From a virus (Duplodnaviria > Caudoviricetes): 64,000 bases of DNA. Of the stretch, positions 20,268 through 28,583 are shown in pieces. Under the pieces are notes generated by a model. The model searched no databases. It was given only the letters and a program-made list of their open reading frames with translations, and was not told the origin of the DNA. The position numbers were made by a program, and so were the translations under genes. Location: positions 1 through 64,000 of IMG/VR virus record IMGVR_UViG_2636416124_000002. One strand, 5' to 3'. Numbering within the stretch: the stretch's first letter is position 1; each line of letters begins with the position of its first letter.

Positions 20268-22277
20268 ATGGCCGACACCGCCGCCTTCACCTTCACCGCC
20301 GACCGAGGCCCCTGCATCGTCTACGCCTCCAGCACCGGCGACGCCATCACCCTCGTCGACCACATGCCCGTCTCCGACGCCCGCGAGCGGGCCATCTGCC
20401 GGGCGCTCCTCGTCCACGCCCTGACCCTGCTCGACGACGACACCACCGAGGGGGCCCGGTGACCACCCAGCCCGGGAAGCCCCCGCTCGCCGACCTCTTC
20501 GCCGCCGCCCTCCGCAAGCGCGACGAGAACGGTGGCCGCCACCTCCACCACCGCGACTGCATCCACAACCTGCCCCCAGAACGGCAAGTCGCCATGCGCG
20601 GCAAGACCACCGAGTGGTGGACCCGGATCATCGGCCCGCTCCCCGTGCAGATCACCCCCGATCAGTGGGAGACCGAACCACCGCAGTGGGAGGAAACGTG
20701 ACCCAGCCCCAGCGCGACGAGCGTCTCCATCACCTCCTCGACCGGCTGCTCCGCGGCGTACTCCTCCCCGAGGAAGCCGAGCAACTCGCCGGAGCCGTCC
20801 GGGTCCTCCAGGCCCGGGTCAACGACCAGGACGGGGCCGCCAGCGTCGCTGTGAGCGCCGTCCGGCTCATGAACCAGGCCGGAGCCCAACGCGACCGCGC
20901 CGAGGCCCGTATCCGCGAGCTGGAGGCCCAGGTCGCCCGGCTCGCCCCCGGGACCACCCCGTGAACGGGCCCCCGCCCTGCGCCTACGGGCACCCCTGCC
21001 ACTGGGACGACGAGGCGGGCGCCTGCCCCTGCGACGACGACGTCCCGCCCGAGGACGAGCCCGAACCCCGGCCCGTGGTCGACGTGCCCGTCGGCCACTA
21101 CCTCTGACCCAAGGAGCCCCATGACCCGCCGCGAACCCACCATCCACAACCCGGCCCTTACCGTCACCTGCCCGCACTGCCGGTGCGTCCCCGGCGCCCC
21201 CTGCCTCGACAAGCGCGGTAGCCGGCTCAAGGAAGGCCGGGTCCACCGTCGGCGGACCACCGAGTACAACCGGCGGAACACCGCCAAAACCACCCGATGA
21301 CAGGCCCATCCACCACACCCCGGGGCGAGCACGCCGGCCGCCCCGGGGCCGGGTGGGAAACCGTCCTCCAGCCCGGCGCCGAACAGCACATCCCCGACGA
21401 CCAACCCCAGCCGCGCGCCAACCGGGCCGCGCGCCGAGCAGCACGGAAGAGGAACCGATGAGCAGCAAGAAGAACGGGCGCCGCACCAGCGGCGACCCCC
21501 GCAAGTCCGGTGGCGACATTGCTGGCCCTGGAGGCCCACAAGACCGTCACGGCGTCATCCTCGACGACCGCAACGCCGTCCTCCTCGACCACTCCACCGT
21601 CACCCTCGTCGAAACCCGGAGCGGCGGACCCGTCCCCGCCATGCTCCTCGAAGGGCGCATCAACAAGAGCCCGGACCGGGCCCGGAACCTGTACCTGATG
21701 AACGAGGACGGGGCAGCCGCGATCGTCACCGAACTGATGGCCCTGGCCAACCGGATCAGCCCCGAGTTCGGGGACCGGTTCACCGCCCGCATTCAGCACC
21801 TCATCGACACCGGATCGTTCGGCCACGGCCAGCAGGGAGACCTCACATGAGCCAGCCCAGGCGCTTTCACCTCCAGCGCAACTTCGACGTGACCGGGGCG
21901 TCCGGCACTGGCCGAGTGGCCGACGGCGTTCTCTGGCCGGACGGGACGGCCACACTGCGGTGGCGGGGTGAGCGGGCATCGACAGTCAACTGGGACCGCA
22001 TCGAGGACGCAGAAGCCGTCCACGGGCACGGAGGGCACACCGTCATCGTCTGGGACGACCCCGAGGAGTGTCCGTGATCCCCCGTCTCGCTGGTCGTCTC
22101 GCGACCGCCCTCACCCGGTACGCCCACCAGCACGGGGCTTACCACTACCTGTCCACTGGCTGCTTGCACGGGGAGCACGAGTACTGCCAAGGGAACACCG
22201 GGAAGGCGGGGGCGAAGAAGCCCGCCGAGTGCAAGTTCTGCCAATCGCACTGCCAGTGCGGTTGCCACCACAACTGA
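20268..22277 (+). CDS. Run of small hypothetical early genes: 20268-20462, 20459-20701, 20698-20964, 20961-21107, 21121-21300, 21297-21461, 21458-21850, 21847-22077, 22074-22277
   Basis: Coupled starts and stops with RBS motifs; several products have Cys/His clusters. Confidence 0.6.
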
Positions 22278-22335
22278 CCCCGGACACACCGCGGCCCCCA
22301 CCGGTTGGTGGGGGCCGCGGTGTGTCCGGGGTCAG
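22274..22335. terminator. Bidirectional terminator, 29-bp perfect stem
   Basis: CTGACCCCGGACACACCGCGGCCCCCACC-GGTT-its exact reverse complement. It spans the stop codons of two convergent genes. Confidence 0.8.
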
Positions 22336-22718
22336 CGGCGGCCGTCGCGAATCTGGTAAATCCGTGACCGTGACAGGTCGGCGTGGGTGGCGATGGCCGT
22401 CACCGAGATCCGAGCCGCGACGGCCTGACGGATGAGCTGGTCTCGTCGCTGCTCGCCCTCACTGATGGCGTGCGCCACGTTGGAGATCTCGTCGAGGAGA
22501 TTACCCTCGGCGGTGGGGCCGGGGTGGGCTCCGGGCAGCTCGCTGTTGACCTGGTCTGCGAGTACCTGCCAGGACTCTTCGGTGGGGGTGCCGTCGTCGT
22601 CGGTGTCGAAGTCGAGGCCTTCGAAGTCTTCGAGGGCGACGGGCGCGTAGTCGTCGCCGCGGTTGATGGTGCCGCCGTTGGCCCAGAGGTTCTTGATCTG
22701 CTCCACGGTGACCTGCAT
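22332..22718 (-). CDS. Small protein with C-terminal HTH, counter-oriented
   Basis: GAGGGGAG RBS. C-terminus RRDQLIRQAVAARISVTAIATHADLSRSRIYQI. Confidence 0.7.
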   Translation of the reverse strand: MQVTVEQIKNLWANGGTINRGDDYAPVALEDFEGLDFDTDDDGTPTEESWQVLADQVNSELPGAHPGPTAEGNLLDEISNVAHAISEGEQRRDQLIRQAVAARISVTAIATHADLSRSRIYQIRDGRR

Positions 22719-22741
22719 AACGCTCCCCTCCGCCGCCACCC

Positions 22742-22801
22742 TGTGTAGCGCGCTACACAAAGACTCCTCCATGACGGGGTGACTGTCAAGCACGCTACAC
22801 A
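22742..22801 (-). promoter_or_regulatory. Promoter with palindromic operators
   Basis: An 18-bp perfect palindrome TGTGTAGCGCGCTACACA at 22742-22759, a half-site copy at 22790-22801, and TTGACA (minus strand) at 22784-22789. Confidence 0.7.
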
Positions 22802-22937
22802 GTTCAGATCGCCGACCTCTATCCCGCAGGCGGCTATGGGCAGGACCATGGCCCGGCCGCCTGAGGCGCCCCGCCGGCTGTGTCCCAGTCCGTCGTCACC
22901 TCCGTACCCGGGCAACAAGGGGCATAGAGCGTGGGGA

Positions 22938-24077
22938 TCAGAACTTCATGGATGGGTGACACCTAGGGCACGGCACCGCCGCAGGCAGCCCATCCCAGCC
23001 AGTCTCGTCCCGCCGACGGGTGACCTCGTCACACTCGGGGTCCCCGCAGTGCTTCCACTTCTCCCACCCTGTCGGCCGCGCCCCAGTGGCAGCCTCCTCC
23101 AGGCGCCGCCACGAGTCCTGATACGGCCTGTGCGGGCCCGAACGCCCGGCAAGCTGCATCCACCCGTCCACGACCGCATCCGTGCCCTGCAGGGGCCTCC
23201 TGGCCGCCTCGCGGAAGGCTGCCGGGTCCGGGAGTTCATCCACGGCCAGCCGGTGCACGTACACCGCCGCAGCAGAGTTCACCGCCGCACCCCCGAGGTC
23301 GAGGTACGTCTTCAAGTCCTGCTCCATCCAGCCGGCGTCCAGGGCGGCAGCGACCAGAGCGACCAGCCGCCCCCGCTGCTTCGACCCCGGTGGACGGCCC
23401 CGGAAGTCCAGGGCGGCCACGAAGGGCTCGGCCAGCGGGTGAAGCTCGCCCGAAGGGGGAGCCACCGCTGCCCCATGCCCGGCGGAAGGCCCAGTCGTGG
23501 CTGTCCCTTCGAAGAAGGAATCGCCACCGCCTCCGCCCTCGGCTGCCGACTCCCGGGCCGCAGGGGAGGACTCCGCCGCGGGGGAGGAGGTGTTAGAGGG
23601 GGTCTTGAAAGAGGAGATAGGAGGAGTAGGGGTCACCTGAGAGATGACCCTTTCCTCACCTGTCAGGTGACCCTTTCGCTCAAGAGGGTCACCTGAGGAG
23701 TGATCCTTCTCGCGGCCGCCTTCTGAAAGGGTCACCTCCGGGGTGACCCTCTCCGGCCGGGTGCAGTGCCCCCTCCAACCGTCATGCGGAGACTCCGGGC
23801 ATAGCTGTGCAAGCCTGTACACCGCAACCTGGCCGACACGCCCCTGCGCGTGCTGAACCAGCACACCCTTCTTCAGCAGCTTGCTGATCGAGTTCTTCCA
23901 GCCCGCCGCCGACTTGTTCGCCCGATGCAGCATGTACTCCTCATGCACCGGACCCCACGTCAGCCGACTCCCATCGTTCGCGTTCTCCGCGAGCAGCAGA
24001 AGGTCGCTCCGCTCGCCCGCGGTCAACCCGGCGTCCTGCCAGTGATCCAACACCTCGACGATCAAACGCACGCCCAC
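22938..24077 (-). CDS. Second replication initiator-like protein with internal iterons
   Basis: N-terminal wHTH (ERSDLLLLAENAND...WKNSISKLLKKGVL), low-complexity linker coinciding with repeats, and C-terminal CxxxxC...CPRC. Confidence 0.65.
   Translation of the reverse strand: MGVRLIVEVLDHWQDAGLTAGERSDLLLLAENANDGSRLTWGPVHEEYMLHRANKSAAGWKNSISKLLKKGVLVQHAQGRVGQVAVYRLAQLCPESPHDGWRGHCTRPERVTPEVTLSEGGREKDHSSGDPLERKGHLTGEERVISQVTPTPPISSFKTPSNTSSPAAESSPAARESAAEGGGGGDSFFEGTATTGPSAGHGAAVAPPSGELHPLAEPFVAALDFRGRPPGSKQRGRLVALVAAALDAGWMEQDLKTYLDLGGAAVNSAAAVYVHRLAVDELPDPAAFREAARRPLQGTDAVVDGWMQLAGRSGPHRPYQDSWRRLEEAATGARPTGWEKWKHCGDPECDEVTRRRDETGWDGLPAAVPCPRCHPSMKF
23630..23750. repeat. Iteron array / probable origin 2
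   Basis: About 7 copies of (A)GGGTCACCT or its complement in alternating orientation, at 23630, 23643, 23665, 23685, 23699, 23728 and 23741. Confidence 0.7.
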
Positions 24078-24221
24078 AGCCGGCCCCCTCTCGCCAGGCC
24101 CGGCACGGCAACGGACAGCACAAACACAGCACTCCTACGGGGATAGCTCGGGACTCGCCCGCCGATCTGGAAACGGCCGGGCAGCAGACGCCGCCCGGCC
24201 GTGAGAAACCGCAGGGGCTGA

Positions 24222-24647
24222 TCAGCCCATCTGGCGGCGAAGGACCCGCAGGGTGTCCACGAACGCCTGCATCTGCGCGATGAGGATGTCGGCGCCATCC
24301 TTGTCGACCTCGACGTCCGACTCCCCGCCCAGGTACATGACGAACGTGTCCTCATCCGGACTGCGGTCGATCTTGAGGAGTTGGGCCTTGATGAGCGCGT
24401 CAGACGAGTCGCCGTCGAGCGGATCGGGGTTTGCCACACTGTGCTCCGCCGACAGGTGGATCGTCATGCCCAGGGTGGCGCACGCCGACGCCAAGTGCTT
24501 CTCACGGCACCAGGCGGCACAGGGGGTGGGATGTGACACCGGAGCCGGCGGCTGCGGAGGAACCGGAGCCGACAGGACCGGGGCGGGAGCGGGCGCAGTG
24601 GCCCCACCGGCAGCCACCGCAGAGTTTTCGATATCGGATACCATCAC
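24222..24647 (-). CDS. DUF6907-like hypothetical protein
   Basis: PTPCAAWCREKH...HLSAEHSV pattern, as I recall from Streptomyces mobile elements. Confidence 0.5.
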   Translation of the reverse strand: MMVSDIENSAVAAGGATAPAPAPVLSAPVPPQPPAPVSHPTPCAAWCREKHLASACATLGMTIHLSAEHSVANPDPLDGDSSDALIKAQLLKIDRSPDEDTFVMYLGGESDVEVDKDGADILIAQMQAFVDTLRVLRRQMG

Positions 24648-24776
24648 GACGAGACCTTCTTCCTGGACGAAGCGGGTTGAAGACCAGACGGATGGTGCCG
24701 CTGGTCACAGGCCGGGCGGACCCAAACCGCCCGGCCTTTTAGCGCCCCCGGGGTGGTGAGCCCCAGGGCCCTGCAG

Positions 24777-24972
24777 CGTCGGCTGGTGAGGCCGACGACG
24801 TGGGAAGAACCTAGATCAGGCCACAGGGGGCCTACACAACATTCAGACCCCTGAAAGTGCGCCTCGACTATCAACGTTGATAGAACAACGAAGAGTCGAA
24901 ACCGCAGGTCAGTACAGTCTTAATAGACAAACGCGGCCCCCTGACCACCAGGTTTCCCGATAACGGGAAACC
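24777..24972. promoter_or_regulatory. Lower-GC intergenic cluster of inverted repeats
   Basis: CGTCGGC/GCCGACG, TTCAG/CTGAA, a perfect palindrome CTATCAACGTTGATAG (24868-24883), GTCT/AGAC, and GGTTTCCCG-ATAA-CGGGAAACC (24951-24972). Confidence 0.55.
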
Positions 24973-25208
24973 CCCTCCGTTGTGTAACTGGATTTCGGTA
25001 TGTACCTTCACCGGCCCGCCAAACCTGGCCGAAACGCGACCGTGGCTGCAGTCACCCCACGAACCTAGCCTCCCGTCAGAACCGGCCATCGAAAACCGGC
25101 GACGCTTCTAACTTGATCAAGAGGGGGCTGCGGTGACATATTCTCAATTTCGGGCAAATCGCAGGTCGCTGACCTGGGACATGTACCTGAGGTATATCCA
25201 TGTAGCGC

Positions 25209-25844
25209 TCACGTACAGCCGAAAGACGTGTCCTGAATTCGATCATGGCGGCGGGTCCTGGAGTGCGCCGCGTCGCACTCAACCCGCAGGACTCTCGTGA
25301 ACCAGGGGTCGGTGCGCACTCCGGAAACGGCGGGCACATCGGAGGGCGGGGCGCTCCCGCCCGGCGTCGGGGCCTTGAAGTGGTGGCCCCACTTCGCGAG
25401 TCGCCCTTCCTCGGCCAGCTTCGCCAGGGCCGCCCGGGATGTAGAGGACGATGCGTTGAACTCGCGGCCGACGTCGGACCCGTACAGGGGAGTGCCAGGT
25501 GCGTACCCTCCACGCTCAAGTGTGGCTTCGATTCCGGCGCGCACCCGGCGCTGGTCTTCGGCGTCGTCGTACTTGTGGGCCTTGCCGGGCCAGCCTCGCC
25601 CGAGGTGGTGGTACCCGTTGTAGAGCGGGCGCTCGCTGGTGATGGCGTCGTTCTCCGCGGTGAGTGCGGACTCCCGGTCGTCCAGCCACTGGACGTCCTT
25701 CCGTGTGACGTGGTGCCACCAGTTCTTGTCGCCAGCGTGCTCGATGAACCGGGTCTTCGGGAACGCGCTGATCCCGATGTAGAGCAGCTGGTCGTCGGCG
25801 TCGTAGAGGCGGTAGAGCGCAGTGCGCTCGGGCGGTGCGGGCAT
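25209..25844 (-). CDS. GIY-YIG nuclease fused to a GntR-like winged HTH
   Basis: ALYRLYDADDQLLYIGIS...RFIEH...E..AI.SERPLYN, then YAPGTPLY...VGREFNASSSTSRAALAKLAEEG. Confidence 0.75.
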   Translation of the reverse strand: MPAPPERTALYRLYDADDQLLYIGISAFPKTRFIEHAGDKNWWHHVTRKDVQWLDDRESALTAENDAITSERPLYNGYHHLGRGWPGKAHKYDDAEDQRRVRAGIEATLERGGYAPGTPLYGSDVGREFNASSSTSRAALAKLAEEGRLAKWGHHFKAPTPGGSAPPSDVPAVSGVRTDPWFTRVLRVECDAAHSRTRRHDRIQDTSFGCT

Positions 25845-25939
25845 AGAGGTTCCCTCCGTTGCCGTGGGTGCGGCTACCAGAAGAACCGTATCGGTATTTG
25901 TGAATAGTCGCTAGCGACTCTGATGAGAAGAACGAGAAA

Positions 25940-25967
25940 GCGCCCCAACTCGCGGGGGTTGGGGCGC
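25940..25967 (-). terminator. Hairpin after the GntR gene
   Basis: GCGCCCCAAC-8 nt-GTTGGGGCGC, followed on the minus strand by TTTCTCGTTCTTCT. Confidence 0.65.
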
Positions 25968-25979
25968 CTGAAGTGCAGG

Positions 25980-26756
25980 TCAGAAGTCGTACCGCAGCGA
26001 GTAGAGGTGGCCCGCTTTCGCCATGGTCGTCACCTCGATCACGCGGTCGCCCGTGCTGTGGACCACCCGAAACGTCCGGAGGATGGCTACCTGGCGCGGC
26101 AGCTGCAACGCCTCGTACTCCTCGTTCGTCGCTTCCTCGGCTGTCACGTGGTCCACGGTGCGCAGCGGTGGAAAACCGAGGCTGGCAAGTAGAGTCGGGC
26201 TCCCGCCCTTGATCTTCGCCTTGCCCTCCAGTGCGGTACCCGCCGCCAGCTCTAGCGGGTAGTACGAGTGCACGAGCTCGCACGGCTCGCCCTGGAGCGA
26301 CAGGAGCTGCTTGCGCAGGACTGCTCTCCCCGTCGGTTCAAGGCCCATGGCTGCCCGGACGTCGGCCGGAGGGGTCGTCTCCGCTACTTCCAGGAGGCGG
26401 ATGCTGGGGCGTCGGCCGTTCTTCTCGGCCTCGCTCAGCCATCGGTACGGCTGCCCAGCCTCGGAGGGCTTCGAATAGGCCGCTGGCGTCATGGTCTGGC
26501 GGCGCACCTCGAGCGCCTTGACGGATGAGCCGGCTCGCCCTTCCAGCAGCCCCTCGGCTTTGAGCATTGAGACGGCCTTCTGGATGCTGGCGCTGGACGC
26601 CCCAAAGCGCTCCTTGAGCTGTCCGGTGCTAGGGATCGCTTCGCCAGCTGGTAGGTCGCCGACGAGGATCGCGCGACGGAGGTCGGTCGCGATGCGCTCG
26701 TGAAGGGGCCTGGGGTCTGCCGCGTCGCTGGGGGTGCGGTTCTTCGCTTCCGGCAT
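25980..26756 (-). CDS. GntR/HutC-family regulator with UTRA domain (KorSA/TraR-like)
   Basis: LHERIATDLRRAILVGDLPAGEAIPS...ERFGAS..SIQKAVSMLKAEGL, plus a C-terminal UTRA-like domain. Confidence 0.9.
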   Translation of the reverse strand: MPEAKNRTPSDAADPRPLHERIATDLRRAILVGDLPAGEAIPSTGQLKERFGASSASIQKAVSMLKAEGLLEGRAGSSVKALEVRRQTMTPAAYSKPSEAGQPYRWLSEAEKNGRRPSIRLLEVAETTPPADVRAAMGLEPTGRAVLRKQLLSLQGEPCELVHSYYPLELAAGTALEGKAKIKGGSPTLLASLGFPPLRTVDHVTAEEATNEEYEALQLPRQVAILRTFRVVHSTGDRVIEVTTMAKAGHLYSLRYDF

Positions 26757-26757
26757 C

Positions 26758-27302
26758 TCAGTGCACCTTCATTTCGTATCGGAGTCTCCGGAGTTTGGCG
26801 GGGGCCACCATCACGTCCGCCTGGACCGGTCGGCCCGCCTCGTCCAGCGAGAGGCGTTCGATGACCACGACCGGCTCGTGATCAGTGAGCTGGAGTTGCT
26901 GCTGCTCAGTCTGCGAGGAGGGGCGGGCTGTGACGTCTTCGATAACGCGCGTGGCGACGTGGCCCAGCTTGGCGAGCAAGGTGATCGCACCCCCCTTGAT
27001 CTTTCGCGGCTCGGCGAGCGCGGTGCCCTTTGCGATGTCGCGCGGGTAGTACGTGTCTGCGAGCTCAACCGGCGCGTCATCGGAGTAGATCGTGCGCCCG
27101 CGAACGATCGCGGTCTCGCCGGCCGCCAGGCCGAAAGCGTTCGCCACGGTCGCGGGCGGAACCGTCTCGCCGGTGCGGGTGAGCTCCTGGCTCCCCTTCG
27201 TGGACTGGCGGTTGGCCTCTTCCGTCCAGGCGTCCGCCGCTCCTGGGGGCGGGGCTTGGTGTAGTCCGCCGACGTGCTGACCCACTCGTTTTCGCTGGCC
27301 AC
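26758..27302 (-). CDS. Stand-alone UTRA-domain protein without HTH (frameshift in G run near 27245)
   Basis: GTG at 27302 with GAAGGAG RBS gives MASENEWVSTS..., and one extra base joins it to the UTRA fold (VELADTYYP...KIKGGAITLL...VVVIERLS). Confidence 0.75.
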
Positions 27303-27390
27303 TGGCGTCTCCGTCTCCTTCTCCGTAGTACGAACCTAGCTGGTTATCACGATAAGCAGGCGTGCCGGGCATCCGGATGTCGCGAGAAGC

Positions 27391-27419
27391 TTGCTGCTTT
27401 TTAGAAATAGCAGTACGGT
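27391..27419 (+). promoter_or_regulatory. HrdB-type promoter of the transfer operon
   Basis: TTGCTG-17 nt-TACGGT, overlapped by a CTGCT/AGCAG inverted repeat, in the gap divergent from the GntR genes. Confidence 0.6.
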
Positions 27420-27463
27420 TGCGAAGTCAGCCCGACACCAACCTCGGATTGGAGGACTTCGCG

Positions 27464-27703
27464 ATGGCGCTTCCCCAAAAGCTGCCGACGCTGTCCGTCA
27501 AGGAAGCGGCCACCGCCCTGGACGTACACCCGTCGACGATCTACCGCTGGGTGGACGAAGGCGAGCTCACCGCCGTCCGCTACGGCAAGAGCCCCAGCGA
27601 GGGCAGCAAGAAGAGGGGCGGCGAGATCCGCATCCCCGAGCACGTCATCGCCGACCGCATGCGTCGTGGCCCCGTCGCCGAGATCGTCGAGGCTGCGGCA
27701 TGA
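27464..27703 (+). CDS. Excisionase-like HTH_17 protein
   Basis: GGAGG RBS. LSVKEAATALDVHPSTIYRWVDEGELTAVR...EIRIP. Confidence 0.8.
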   Translation: MALPQKLPTLSVKEAATALDVHPSTIYRWVDEGELTAVRYGKSPSEGSKKRGGEIRIPEHVIADRMRRGPVAEIVEAAA

Positions 27704-28010
27704 CCCCGCCGCTCACCCCGCCGTCCGCCCTGCTCTCCGATGCCGACATCGCCGCCCACGCCGCCGGCTCTTACGTCCGCCGCCCGGCCCGGGTTTCCCG
27801 CGAGTCGGTGATTCTCCCCGTCGCCCCGGCTGCTCGCCGTCGGCTGATCGCTCTCCGGCGTCTGTGATGGCGACGGCCGAGCAGCCCCGTGAGAACAAGG
27901 TTGTCGCGGAGCGTGCGACTCCGGATGCGTGCCGCCGCGATTACGAGGCTGGTGCTCAGGTTCGGGCCCGGTTGGCCCGGCAGGAAGCCCGCCGCCGCAA
28001 GACCACCTAG
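27700..28010 (+). CDS. Two small basic hypothetical genes (27700-27867, 27867-28010)
   Basis: Coupled starts and stops. Confidence 0.5.
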
Positions 28011-28082
28011 ACCGCCGCTCCTGCCCGGTGTCCCCCCGTCCCGGGCAGGAGCGGCTTCCCACCCCAACCGAAGGGAACCCTC

Positions 28083-28532
28083 ATGGTCGCCAGCATCATC
28101 TCCGCCACCTCCGCCCTGTTAGGTGTCGGCCTGACCCTGTTCTTCCAGCAGCGGCAGGCCCGGCAGGTGCGGGCTGAGGGGCTGGCCGGTGAGCTGCGAC
28201 GGGACACGCTGCAGGCGGTTGCGGAGCTTGCTGCTGCTGTTGCGGATCACCGCCGGACCATGTGGGTGAGGGAAGAGAAGCGGCTGAACGGCGAGGACTG
28301 GGCGCAGGATCGTGCCGCGTCGCATGCCACCCGGTCCGCGATCACTATCCCGTACACCCGGCTGTGCATCCTCGCCCCGGTTCTTGACCGGGCGGCGAAT
28401 GACGCCCTCGCAGCGACATACGCGATGCGGAACGCCACCACCATCCTTGAGCTCGAAGACCAGCGGGATCTTGCGTTCGTTGCCCAGGCCCGCCTGATGG
28501 CGGCAGCCACTGCCGAACTCAACCCGAACTGA
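28083..28532 (+). CDS. kilB: KilB-like plasmid spread/kill membrane protein, copy 1
   Basis: N-terminal TM (SIISATSALLGVGLTLFFQ) then AELAAAVADHRRTMWVREEKRL, matching my recollection of the Streptomyces plasmid KilB family. Confidence 0.65.
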   Translation: MVASIISATSALLGVGLTLFFQQRQARQVRAEGLAGELRRDTLQAVAELAAAVADHRRTMWVREEKRLNGEDWAQDRAASHATRSAITIPYTRLCILAPVLDRAANDALAATYAMRNATTILELEDQRDLAFVAQARLMAAATAELNPN

Positions 28533-28583
28533 ACCCCAGCGCACCTCGCTGTACCCCACCCAAGCCAACCGAAGGGCACCCCC

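Noticed and set aside
19824-20462. Apparent fusion of DUF4326 with a downstream domain
   Set aside because: One extra C near 20192 gives GCC GCC TGA at 20203, and the downstream part has its own RBS and ATG at 20268. This is most likely another homopolymer error.
3011-22000. Many long antisense and off-frame ORFs in the track (e.g. 5445-6830 minus, 7420-8940 minus, 17940-19460 minus)
   Set aside because: These are shadow ORFs typical of about 70% GC DNA with strong GC3 bias. They overlap better-supported coupled genes and have no RBS or motifs.
13049-23750. GGTGACC core shared by the RHH operators and the origin-2 iterons
   Set aside because: A 7-bp GC-rich core is easily matched by chance, and the flanks and symmetry differ. 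Cross-regulation is not supported without binding data.
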